A stretch of 64,000 nt of DNA from Klebsormidium nitens (lineage: Eukaryota; Plantae; Klebsormidiophyceae): the NCBI GenBank assembly GCA_000708835.1, contig DF236965.1, positions 337,726 through 401,725 of the forward strand. Direction: 5' to 3'. Shown here one piece after another: positions 1 to 12,445 of this stretch. Under the pieces are notes generated by a model. The model was not told where the DNA came from, ran no database searches, and saw only the letters and a list, made by a program, of their open reading frames with translations. A program made the position numbers and the translations under genes. The first letter of the stretch is position 1, and each line of letters starts with the position of its first letter.

Positions 1-780
1 TCCTATTGACAGACCTCGACTTTCCTCCCGAGCGGTTTAGCGGTGAGGTAAGCCTCGCTTGGGGATGGCCGCTCGCTTCCGAGTCCTCATCCAACCCTCG
101 AACTTCTTCGCAACTATTATGCCAGCTGTGATCCCCGGCTTCTCCACAAAGTCATGGGCGGGGTAGGCCATAAGAAAAATTACTGTAGGATATACAAATC
201 GAGGGGATTCGTCGGTGCTATGAAGTTTGTGACGAAGCACAGTCCCAGTGGGTGCAAGAGATACATGCTGCAGCTGAGGTCGCCCGTGATTCAAAACAGC
301 GGTTTCGAACTAGCTCATCACTCGAGCCCATGATCCTGCAAGCATGCGAGAAAAGTTCCGATCTTGCTGAACAAGCCGGACTGCTGCAAGTATGGAGGTA
401 CTTTGAGCCGTGGACAACTGGTCAAATTAAAGTCTCCTTGCACTTTGCACCGTTGTTTTCCGCACTCGCATGAGAAATCGTACCTTTGTTTTCCGCACTC
501 ACATAAGAATACGAACAACCCGCAATTTTCAATGGAGCTTATTCAAAATATGGTAAGTTATGAAGAGTTCCTTATGCGGCCTGCCAGCTTTTCTAAGAAA
601 GACTGGTTCTATGTAAGGAAGCTCGTATATGCAGTACGGCAGAGCCGCTTCATCGACAAAGTCTACCTAGGCATGACGCCTTTGCACTATTTAGCTCATT
701 CACATCTGAGACTCATTCACTTTTGAACGAGCCACGTGGCGCTGCCGGCGTGCCTATCAACACATCTCGAGTCCATAATA

Positions 781-894
781 TCTGACCAAGGTCTCGACAA
801 AACTCAATCTGACCTGACTAAGAACTCAACTACGCTCAATCTGACCAAGAACTCAACTACTCTCAATCCGAGCAAAAACTGGACTACGCTCATT
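781..894. repeat. Degenerate ~27-bp tandem repeat, about 4 copies (CTGACCAAGAACTCAACTACGCTCAAT-like), just 3' of the Root_cap gene
   Basis: Repeated CTGAC..AAGAACTCAACTAC.CTCAAT units read directly from the sequence. Confidence 0.7.
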
Positions 895-911
895 GTGCAA
901 AGAAGTAAACT

Positions 912-3900
912 CTAAATCAAGCAGCTAACGTAACCAGCGTCGCTGGAGCAGCGCAGGGAGTGGGAGAAGACCGGTTCCTCCAACCGGGAGCCTCCCATGA
1001 GGCGACGGGTGAGGGACACCAGGCTCGGGGCAGAGAACCGGGAGAACTTGCAGTCGGTGGCCATCAGGTCGGAGGAGATGTAGTCTGCACATGACAGAAA
1101 GTTGTCAGGATAATCGAGCTGGCAAGTCTGAGGCTCGTCAGCTTGGAATCGGCAGCACTTGACGCTCTAGTAATGATTCGCCAATTTGAGGAAGGAGTCT
1201 GTCATCGTGAACAAGATTATCCGACTGATTTGGTTACTTGATTTGGGCATCAAGTACGAAGGAACGCCCGAAGACTGGACGGCTGCGTAAAGCTTACAGC
1301 ATCAAGCTTATGGCGTTTCTTGCCTGAGCACAGGTCTTCAGCTGATTGTTCAGTTAGGCGGGTTTTTATCAGCTAGCTGAGCAAATAGAAAATAGACGGC
1401 GAGAGAGGAGGATCTCTGTTCATAAATGCCAGATCGATCCGTTATCCCCTTTCTTCACTTTCTCTGCCCCTCTGCCCCTCTGCCCCTCTGCCCCTCTGCC
1501 CCTCTGCCCCTCTGCCCCTTTGTTCTACAAGCGCTAGCCTTTCTGTTTTCTCCCATCTCTTTGCTCCTCCGGAGAAATTCCAGATGATCGAGATGAAAGG
1601 CGACATTCAGGCGTCAAATTGCCTTACCATGGTCGCCACCCTCGACGACGTCCGCCTGGTCCATCTTCAACTCGCTGCTGCCCGCGACCACGTGGAGACG
1701 TTCCGGCTGGAAGGTCTGGCCCAGGATGCCGTGAGCGGAACCTGCGCGGAAAGCGAAACGGAATCACATCAGCAAGGGGAACGAAAGGAATGGACGATAC
1801 TGGGAGGTCGTAGTAATTGGCTTAAAGAAGACACAAAATCTGCCTCTCTGATTAAAGGAGTTTCCGCGCCTTTCGGCGCGCTGACTACATTCAAAGAACG
1901 ATGACCAGCTCAGCCTAGTAATTCACCTTTGTTCCATTCTACCACACGACTCTCAATGCATTATACAAAACCCTCGGCTTTCGAGATTATGCTTCGAACT
2001 CTCTCCATTCTTCGTCTGTCTCTCAGGACATCGTTCAGAAAGGGCTTACGTACTAGAACTGAATCAATGCTGCCCACTCTCAGGACGAGTTTCTCGCAGG
2101 GTATCGGATGACGTACTGGTGATGTTCATGACGTCAACGTCAAAGTCGATATGGTGGCCGTCGGGGAACTCGTGCTCGCTGGCGGTGAGCGTCGTCTGGA
2201 AGTGGCCCTTAAGCGTCAGCGTCAGCTTCGCCGTTTCGGACGTCCGCGAAATGGTCACCAGCCCGTCGTCGGACGTCCACACGTTGCGCCCGCTCGCGGG
2301 GAGGCTCACGCGGACGGGAGATGCGTCGTACTCCACGAGGAAGACGTCCGAAACGTTGCTCGCAAAGTCCTCCTCCTGAGAAAGAAGCGTGCATAGGTTT
2401 GAGTTTGAGAACAACGATAGCTTGGCAGAGTGCTGGAATGCTAAATGGAAATAAAGCTTGGGTTTTTTGGAAGGTTTCAGATTCCAGATCCGGGAAGAAA
2501 GACAAGGTGAAGTCTCTCAACCATCTAAACCATCTAAAGAGCCTCGCTCGGAATTTTCGAAAGAGCGTTACTGTACTTTACGCCTTTGCTGATAAATGTT
2601 TCTGGTAAAGCTAGGAAGCAGTGAGATTGTCGCGCAAGCTGCGGCTAAGACCAAGCCCATGTCTGAACGCCAACATTTTCAACACTTACAAGAACGAGGA
2701 ACGATCGCTTCTCACAGCATTCGGTTTTAGCTTCCCAAGATTGGATGACTTTTCTCATTCGCTTTCATTGTGTGAGTCCTCAGAGCATCCGGGTTTCAGC
2801 TGCGCAAGTTTGGGAGTTTTTCCTCTTTCGTTTGTTTGGAATAAAGTCCAGAACTCACAGAGACGAGGTGGACGGAGAGGGAGTGCTGCTTGTTTCCGGC
2901 GACGAAGACGAAGCCCAGCTGGTCCATCCACGTGCCGTCCATGCCGGTCTCGAGGCCGTTCTGGCCGATGAAGTGCGCGTTCAGGTGGAACGCCTTGTCG
3001 GAGATGAGGCAGAAGGACTTCTCGGGGACACCTGTGGAAGGGCAGATATTGAGAAAGTTTAAAGTTCCCAAAATCTAGATTTGGAGCTCCACAGAAGTGC
3101 AAAGGCACGCAGCGATGTGAAGAAATCAATTCCGGTGACCGGAGGCAGAGGCGTTTCGGCTTCCTCTGGTTGCATCGACAAGGGACTCCTGTCAAATTTT
3201 GCCGACAAGTCAAGCCTTTTGCAAACGAAGCAAGATGCGGAATTTGGCGACATGCAAGGCTGATCAAAACTCAACTTGACTTCGCAGGCAGAGCCGAAGG
3301 CTTACCATGGAAGTCGTACCTCACGCCATTGCCTCCAACGAAGTGCTGCACAGCAAGGAGACGGCATCAGATGCAGTCTGGGCGTGTAGCTCTGTTCTGA
3401 GGGCGTGGTCGACGCGGGTCCCTCTTTGAGGGAAGGCTTCTCCTTGCTCTCAAGATTTCTCGAGTCGAGCTGAAGATTTCGAAGCGACGTCTGAACGAGT
3501 AAGCAGGGCTGGCAAGTCCTAAAGTTTGGCGAGTTTTCAGTCTACAAACCAGCTCAAAATCATTTTTTGTGAACGCCCATCTGAACCTCTGACACTGGGA
3601 GGAGATAGCGAGCTCCTTCAAGCAGAACTCCAGCTGCGCACTTTAGGCTTCAGCTTGGAAAAGGGCTCAAGCCATGGATCTCGATCTCATGAAAATGGAG
3701 TTCTGATTTCTCAGCTCGACTCAGCACCCACTCGCCCCCAGCACTTCTAGACGCGCCAGACTAGCAGTACACACCCCCAAAGTGAGTCCTAACATCACAC
3801 CCCTGCCCTAAGGCTACAATGCCAAGCCCACTGTCTTCTCATCCACCAATAAGCTGCCACGTGTCCCTGCTTACCGGGTCCCCGCAACCCCCGGTCCCCT

Positions 3901-4330
3901 GGGCCAAGGTGCACTTGCACGAGTCCTTCGCCGTCCGCTTCTCTGCCGGGATGGTCGAGTCGCAGACGCACTTGCCGCTACCGCCATCCTTGCGTCCAGA
4001 GGGACACGTCGGCTGCGGCGTGCAGCTCGATGAGGTGGACTTGGAGGTGCACGCCTTGCACGTGCCCCTGCCGTCGAACAGAGTCCCGGACTTGCACTTG
4101 CAAATGTTGGAGGTGCCGAAGAGCCACCCCTTGCTGGAGTCGCACTTGGAGGTGTCCTTTGCTCTTGCCGCCTTGCAGCTCCCGCGCACGCCGTCGCGGG
4201 CCCCGTCGCAGAGGCACTTGCTGGCGCTTGAGTCGAAGAGGCGCCCGAACGAGCACGTGTTTGTGGCCGCCGCGATGGTGACAAGCGCAAAGAGTGCACC
4301 AGCGAGGAGCGCGGCGCGGGGGGCCGTCAT
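912..4330 (-). CDS. Secreted Root_cap/LEA-related family protein with N-terminal Cys-rich region, about 404 aa, 6 exons
   Basis: Exons 4330-3875, 3345-3306, 3031-2859, 2375-2117, 1741-1628, 1084-912; all GT-AG and phase-consistent (1215 nt). Signal peptide MTAPRAALLAGALFALVTIAAA, Cys-rich block, then GDP|HFVGGNGVRYDFHG|VPEKSFCLISDKAFHLNAHFIG..TW ... AHGILGQTF ... DYISSDLMATDCKFSRF, matching the plant Root_cap motif order (GDP-FxG..FxFHG, FClvSD..lHiNAHFIG, GvLG.Ty, ll..DC...rF). Confidence 0.8.
1462..1517. repeat. (CTCTGCCC)7 perfect 8-mer tandem repeat in the last intron of the Root_cap gene
   Basis: Seven exact copies visible. Confidence 0.95.
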
Positions 4331-5520
4331 GCTGGCTCCGGGAGGGAGAAGGGGGAGGTATGGAGCTCCCCTTGGCTGAGTGAGGTTCTGGGATGGAATG
4401 GATAGTGGAGCGATGAGGGATTGAAAATGACCTGGAGTCAGTGGCTTTTGTAGGTGTTTGTTTGGACTTGAAGCTGTGGCCATCAGCAGAGTTTATCGCT
4501 TGAGCTGCACCTACTGGAGTACAACCAGTACTGTCACTGTCATCACGTACCCAGCTTCAAATGAGCTGGATTAGAGTACCCACTGTATCCCACTGTATCT
4601 ATAGACTAGGTATCATGGTAGTCCGAGTGGGCTGCTCGTGCATAACTTAGCCCGGCGTGTTCGGAAAAGAATGACGGAGGCACGCTTCAGATGTTGCTTT
4701 CGGTGTAGCCACTCTTGACCGATGGCTTCAGATCGTCAAGAGCCAAATGTGGTCAGTCCCACCACGCTGCTCCACTGCTACTGCTACGAGACTACCGTTG
4801 GCACGACTACGCGTCCTTGGACCGTGCACAGTCTGTACCCGGCCGGACCGGTACAAACCTTCAGTACTGTGCATACGGTAGCTGCTAAGATTGCGCACTC
4901 CGGAATAGGTACATTACCTACTTACTGCGTATGTCCTCACCTGGTGACATCGAGCTTGATATGTACCTACTGTTACTATTAGGTACCTATACCTAGATTC
5001 TAATACCTAGGTAGGTAAGTGCAGATGTATCATGTATCATGTGACTCATGAGTAGGTACGTACCTACCATAGTTTGGTACCCAATCTCCAACATCATTGC
5101 AAAAGCATGGCGAGATGGCGAGAATTCCGGAATCCTTTTAGGTCGTCTCCTTCATCCTAGGTACCTAGTAGGTACCGTAGTCCGACGTGACGATTCCGAA
5201 TAGAAAATATTTATTTGCATTCGGAAAGTCAGAAATTCGGATTTCCCTTCCGGAAAGTGAAGATTCGGAAAAGTAAAATAACTCTGAAATGGGTCTCGGA
5301 AGCCGTAAAAACTGCCAAAAACAGCCAAAAACTCCCCTTTCGAGTGAGTCCATAGGGCATTTGGATTTTGGTCAGAGTCAGCATAAATTGTTCCACTTTC
5401 CTAGCTGGTCGGATTGTTGGAAAATTCTTCGATCTAGGTACCTAGGTAGGACGGTCCTAGTCACTACGTTCGGAATCATCACGTTGGTCCCAACTTTATT
5501 CGTCAACTTTGTACGTACAG

Positions 5521-6013
5521 GAGAGGGTTCACATTGGACTTTCGATCAATTTTCGCTTTGTTTTGAGATGTACCCAGATGACGTGTGCTGACGTCGTAAC
5601 AGCGAGTTCTGAAGTTGGGTTCACATTGGGAAAACTGCTGTCGAATGCATTATCAGTTCCGGGCGGAGACCACGTGCGATCACGTGGATGTACAGAATGG
5701 TACACTTGGTACACTTTGACGTCATAACTTTCGGCCGAACTGCGCAAGAGTGACTCTGAGCCGCTCGATCGCTGAGTCGGACGTCATAATCGGAAAACAT
5801 GTTTTCGAAAGGCGGTCGCCGACCGCCTTCGAAAACATGTTTTTCGGAGGTCATTTTGGGTCCAACCTTCGATGCCGAAAGAATTTTGATGTTTGTAACT
5901 TTGACAGTTGGCAAAGCGCGTTCCGGATCATGACGTGTGCTTCCGTCATCGCAGTAACTTCGTGTTTTCAAAGAAGGATAATCTGGTCCGCAAAGTCCAA
6001 TGTGAACCCTCTC
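5521..6013. mobile_element. 493-bp non-autonomous DNA transposon (MITE), probably PIF/Harbinger-ISL2EU-like group
   Basis: Perfect 22-bp TIRs GAGAGGGTTCACATTGGACTTT (5521-5542) / AAAGTCCAATGTGAACCCTCTC (5992-6013), flanked by CAG on both sides (5518-5520, 6014-6016); no convincing coding capacity. Confidence 0.8.
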
Positions 6014-6538
6014 CAGGCTGGCAAGGTTGCTGAGCACTGAGCAGTGAGCAGTGGGCGGAACAATCGACGGTTGCTGCTGCATGCTGATGCGTTCTGCTAT
6101 ACAGGCCGTCGATCAAGATTGCGACAGGTGCTGATGTCGCCTTCCAGCCTCAGGGGCGCTGCATGCAGCTTGGTTCTGTTCCATGCCGTGACACCTCTGT
6201 TGACAAGCTACCTCCTGGTACCCGCTGCGGCGCTGCCACCAGTCACAGGGAAAGAGCATTGCAAGCAGATGCCAGCAACGCCAATCTGGAATTCTAGGAT
6301 CGTAGAAACGAAGGGACATGCGGGGCAAGCCGTCGCTTTCAAGAATTTTCTGGAGTCCCTTTCCCTGCACCAATCTGGTCTTTCAACACCCGAACACTGG
6401 GGAAGGGTGTGAAGTATTCTGAATGTGAAGCTTCCTCTCAGCAATTTTGAGCTTCAGCCTTCTCTATCCGTTGTCTCCAGCAAATTTCCTGCAGTGTAGC
6501 TTCCGTAATCGGTCCTCAACCAAGCCGGGCGCAGAGAA

Positions 6539-9500
6539 ATGACGACCTCAGAGGAGTTTATATTTAGGAGTGCGCTCCCGGACGCGGACATTCCAAATGT
6601 TTCGCTGCCAGAGTATATAAACACCTGCATTGCGCGGCATGCTGACCTCGACGCGGCCGCTTATATCGACGGCCCTACTGGCAGGACGTACACCTATAAG
6701 CAACTCACGGAGTTGGTAAGGAGGGTTGCTGCAGGCCTAACTGAGCGAGGTATTGTACAGCGGGACGTGGTCATGATTTTGGCACCCAATTTGCCGGAGG
6801 TGAGTTTGTTTCCTGACGTTGCTTACAAGACTTGGTTGGGGATACAACTTAGAGTGGTAAAATGACTGCAGATACCAATTCTCAGAATTGGGTTGATGTT
6901 TGTGCTCTAAAGTCCTGAAAGCTGTGGTCACAAAACGTCGATCTCATATTTGTAAGCATTCTTGCTCAGGATTTGCCAATTGTGGGCCGTTATCAAAAAT
7001 ACTCCGTTCGCCCACATTTCAATCGTACTTCCCACATTTCAAACATGCAACATAGTTGAAAGTACGTACCCAGCTTACACATAGAGTGACATGCCTGATT
7101 CAGAACAACTTGGGAGCAGGAACTATTTGAGGATGGCACACATCTGCTCGCAAAGCAACCAACCGCTAGCCGCGATTTGATGGAGATGTCTGAAAACCCT
7201 TTGTTCGAATGTGCAGTATGCAATCGCCTTCTTGGGCATTGCCTCCATTGGCGCCGTCATCACCACCTGCAACGTGAGTCAGGGGCGCTCCAATTAAATT
7301 CTCCGACCGGCACTTGACACTCCCGCTAGATTGGTCCTAGTTCAACTCTCAGGGTTGGGAGTTAGACATGTGTACTTACAGCGGTTAATATTGTGACTGC
7401 GGAGATTGTTCATCGAGCAGAATGTTCCTAAGCCAAAAGAAACTGAAAGCTAAAGCATTTTGGGAACCAATGGGACCATGGGCCGGGGCAGTATCCAACA
7501 AACCCCCAGAGAGTTGTGATCAAAAAGTCACCCCTTTGCAGCCATACGCTTGGAAATAGACTGCCAATAAGAAATGTTGAACCAGGAAAAATACTCACAA
7601 AACGCCTTCGGAGCCAAACGCAATGACCCTTTGCTCATATCTTGTTTTGACGAAGTGAATCAGCGCTAGTGGAGCACAGCAAGCATGCCCACTCACCAAA
7701 AGTAGAAACGCATTGGATAAAAGTTGTGCAAAGGAAGTTTGTAAAGAAGTACGCTGGGTCGTCACGCCACCCATGTAAGGTGCTGTGAAAGTTGGAGAAT
7801 AGGCGGAAAGAGGCTTTTCTTTTCTGCATCCTATGTATGGTCAAGCTCTGCCCCTTATCCTTTTCTGTTAAACACTGCACAGTCGAGCTCTGGATGAAGA
7901 CCAGGGGCTGGAAAAAGCAGAACGCTTGCGTTAAAAATCCCGTTTTAATACGCTACGAAAGAGTAATCTCCTCTCTGCAGCCTATGTACGGTGCGATGGA
8001 GATCGGCAAGCAACTGGACGACTCCAAAGCCAAACTGATCTTCACAATCGAGGCGCTGCTTCCCACGCTTGAGAAAGCCGGCGTTACCCTCCCGGTGGTG
8101 TGCTTTGGTTCCGCTCCGGGGGGCACAATTCCCTTTGAAGAGCTGATAAAAGCAGACCCCTGGAAAGCGCCGACGGTGTTCATCCATCCTGAGGACACGC
8201 TCGCGCTGCCGTACAGTTCTGGGACCACAGGTGTGTGTCCTTTGGAGATTAAGTCTGCCAGGATTTGAAAATTTGGTGATCTGAGGGCCTTCATGGTCTT
8301 GACAGTTATGAGTTGCGAGGCTTCTCACTGATGCGATCTGGAATCTCTGGGGCCCAAGGTTCCGAGGTTCAAGCTTTCACGGATGATAAGGTTACAGAAA
8401 TACAGGCGGAAGGACTAGAGACTCCGTTCGGTGTTTCCTAATAGGTTCAGGCTGCACTAGCTGCGTTGGGCGCCTCATCTGAACTTTCGGACTGTTCTTT
8501 GTCTATACTAGTCAGTTGCGCTCTGGTGCCGTGTTCCTGACCCGTTGCTTGATGCCTTAATCATGGTTATCGTTCATGGAGAACCAGGTCTTTATCGTCA
8601 GAAATAGTCAGAGATCCCCGACGGGATTGATGCTTGCTTGTCCCATGAAGTCGGGCCTTATCCTGACCGACTGATCTCTCGAATCAGAGTCACAATCAGA
8701 AACATGTCTTACATGCAGGTCGACATGTCTCGTCTCTTCGTCTTGAAGCACTAACGACAAGGCATTGCAAATCACATTTTCGGTCCTCATTTAACGCATA
8801 TCTTCCCGAAACTCTCCCATTGCCTGACCAAGTCCTGACCCTTTCCCCGCGCAGGTGTGGCCAAAGGGGTCGAGCTGACCCACCGCAACCTCGTCGCAAA
8901 CCTCGTCCAATCCGTGGGCGGCCCTGTCCCGGTGATGCATTTCCAACCGCATGACGTCACCCTCGGGCTGCTGCCCTTCTTCCACATCTACGGCATGACG
9001 ACCCTCATCCTGTCCCCGCTCGTCAAATGCATACCGCTCGTCGTGATGCCCAAATTCGACCTGGTCGAAATGCTCGAGCTCATCCAAAAGTACAAGATCT
9101 CGTTCGCGAACCTGGTTCCGCCGGTGATCCTCGCGCTCGCGAAGCACCCCGTGATCGACAAGTACGACCTGTCGTCGATGCGCGGGATCATGTCGGGCGC
9201 AGCGCCGCTCGGGAAGGAGCTGCAGCAGGCGGCCGCGAAACGGCTCAACGTCACTGTCGCTCAGGTGAGGACGATTACGGCATTGAGGCAAGTGAGAGTT
9301 TCTTCTCAAACGAAAATTGCAGATGGTCATAATCAAGGGGCTTAAGACGTCTTTGAGTAGATAGGGATGTTGGCGTTTGACAGTTTCTTCCGAGCACACT
9401 GCCACTTTCGGGAAGTCTAGACTTGATCAGTCAGTCTGCGATTGCGTGCGTTGGGGCACTCCTTGACACTGATTCGGCAAACTGCTCGGAAGAACGTCCT

Positions 9501-12445
9501 TATCGTGACGGTTTTGAAGACTGTGACACAGCAGCCGCCAGAATTGTGTTACGGTTGAAAACGCATGCCCTAAACGATTCTCGGACAGATTTTCGGGTTG
9601 AAACCATGTTGTGCAAGCCTTCTGTGAGCCGGGAGGCGGATTCCAGTGCATCAAGCCCTTGACGACAAGGGCTACGACGAAGTTGGACAGAGGATTACGG
9701 GTGCCACAAGGAGTTGGACTTAACTCCTGAGTATCACTTACACAACATCGTTTCTGTGCTTTTGCAGGGTTACGGCATGACCGAGAGCAGCCCCATCACT
9801 CTCGTAACCCGAAACGTGTCTGCGCGGCCCATGGAGTGCACGCCGGGATCGGCAGGAAGCGTTGTAATCAATACGGAGGCAAAGATCCGGGATCCGGAGA
9901 CGGGCAAGTCTCTACCGCCCAATCAAAGGGGCGAGCTGTGTATCCGGGGGCCGCAAGTGATGAAAGGTGAGGCCTTTTTCTCTATCTTTTTCTCCTCAGA
10001 AAGGTGTGAACAAAATGAAGGTGCTCTGCATGAAAGGTGGAGTAAAGGAGGCCGATTTGCGCCTCTGGTCAACGGGGTGAAATCGAAGGTGAGGGCGATT
10101 TTCGTACTAGCTATGACAAGCGCAGTGTGGATGAGAACGAAGAGAATAAACAAGAAGAAAGAAGGGGCTGTTGCTGAGACTTGCCTTTGGGTATCGTTAC
10201 AGGAATACTTCAGCCGGGTCTGCCTCATGCGCACATCTGAGAAAGAGAGTTGTTATTCGAAGCCCATAGATCTGAGCCTCCTTACGGTGTGGGTTCATCC
10301 CACCTTCGGATCCCGCAATGAACCTTCTTAAAAAACTGAAGCCCCAAAATCTGTCAATAGTAGGTTACTTTCATTCGTAACACCATGGGCAAAGGGCTGA
10401 ATGATATTGGTCCGCCTTCAGTGACTTCGACATACGGTAAAGCAGTCCGAATCGCACTGAAGCAACTACATTGCGTCCCCGATGTACCCCAAAACCGGTA
10501 GAGTCGACTTCCATTGCCGATAACAATCTCAAAGCCCAGGAGTCCGCATAGAATGGACGAGAAACAATGTCGCGCTTTGGCAAGACGTGGTTCGCTCTCA
10601 AAAGCCGCAAGCGACTGCCCCAACCTTGCAACATCCTCGAATCCACGTTTCCCGACTCCTGCGCTTTTTTGCCGGTTCCCCAGAGGCAACCAAGCGACTT
10701 TTAGACACTCCGGTTTAATGAAATCTCACTCTGAATCCAGGTTATCTCAACAAGCCTGAAGAGACCGCTGCCACAATCGATAAGGACGGCTGGCTCCTGA
10801 CGGGCGATATCGCGTTCATCAACGAGCGCGGCGAAATATTTGTCGTCGACCGCGTCAAGGAGCTCATCAAATACAAAGGATTCCAGGTGAGCCACGCATA
10901 GCTTATGGCGCGCTTTGTAAGTTAGGTGAGCACGCATAGCTTATGGCGCTCGGCATGAATCATCTTATAAGTCCGCTTATATAGTTGAGTTAGCATCGGC
11001 ACTTGACACGCCATTAGCCTCCAGCCTCGTTTCCTCATGCAACGCGTCGTTTCGAAACCTCTCTCAAGAGTGCTCCAAAGAAATCTCGTCAGCAGTGTCC
11101 TGCACCAATTGAATGGACACCTTTGACGAAACACATGGACAGACTACCGGAACACGAGAATTGTGAAAGGAGAGCTGACCGGTATTCTTGCGATGGCCAC
11201 CCACTTTGAACCAGCTCCCAACGTGCCCACTTCGCAAAATAGGATAAAGATTAGCCCAAAGCTCCCGTTTGAATTCCCGCATTTACCCCCAATGCTAGTT
11301 CCTGTCAATGCACCAACTTTCGCGTGCCAACCGTGACCGCTGCTTTGTGATCTTAAGTTGGCTCTGCTTGTTTTACCGCCAAATACATGTGGCTGCCACT
11401 GCGGCAAAGCTTCTGTTCTTGAAACCCATGCCTTAGTTGCCCTTTCCGCATATCTGACGATTGCTGTGTTGCTTCCAGGTTCCTCCGGCCGAGTTGGAGG
11501 CTCTCTTAGTGGACCACCCCGCTATTGTCGACGCGGCGGTGATTGGGTGAGCAGTGCTGTACACTGAATGTATTTTGCGAAGATTTCCTTGCTTCAGTCC
11601 CTCGCATCATAGGGCGCCTTGGCTTCATACCGGAGCCTAACCGCGACCGAACCGGAGCATCTCGCGCCGGAAAGGGACGAACGAATCGGAGCTGCAGTTC
11701 TCAGAAATGGCTGGGGGCCAAGCCTCTTCGCGATTACCAGCGTCCATCTTGTTAACTGTAACGGATGGAACGGTTCAGATCGCTTCATCAGTTTCTATAC
11801 TAGAGATTCTGGTCACGTGGCACAGGTCCCAAGTGCTGAGTAATTGATGAGGCTAAAATTCAGCCCCGTCGCTGGCGCAGGATCCCGGACGAGGAGGCGG
11901 GCGAGCTGCCAATGGGCTTCATCCAGGTGGCAGAAGGGAAGACGATCACGGAGGATGACGTCAAGGAGTACGTCGCAAAGCTGGTGAGGCGGTGACTACC
12001 GGAATGCTGGCTTGCGCTAAACGACGCTTTCTCAAGGAACACGCAAATCAGTCCTCGCCTTATCTGTGGTAAGGTCGACTGATTTGAGTAGATCTTTGGA
12101 GTATGGAACTTACGATGGGACACTGGCACGTAGGGGTTCGATTTGGAGACGATGGGCGCATGTGAAATCGAAACGCCTGAAGACAGGTCTGATGGGAGTG
12201 TCAAAGCCTGAACTCGAGATCACAAACTTCGGCATCTTGTCGAGTGCTGATTACTCCTCCTCGGACTCTATTTGAAGTCCCTAAGACGTGGTTAAATTTT
12301 GCTCCCACTTTTGCAGGTTGTCCACTATAAGAAGCTGCGCGCCGTCGAGTTCGTGGAGAAGGTTCCAAAAACGGCGTCCGGTAAGATTCTGAGGAAGGAG
12401 TTGAGAGCCATGGTTGCAGCGAGATCGGGGAAGAGCAAGTTGTGA
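6539..12445 (+). CDS. 4-coumarate:CoA ligase-like acyl-activating enzyme (ANL/luciferase superfamily), peroxisomal PTS1, about 540 aa, 9 exons
   Basis: Exons 6539-6799, 7217-7273, 7981-8230, 8855-9264, 9768-9966, 10741-10886, 11479-11546, 11881-11983, 12317-12445 (1623 nt, phases consistent). Motifs [69 protein letters not shown]; ends SKL*. Confidence 0.92.

Noticed and set aside
1-726. Short ORFs 37-294 (-) and 364-726 (+), and a possible exon ending at GAG|GTAAGC near 47
   Set aside because: No recognisable motif and truncated context; cannot support a gene call.
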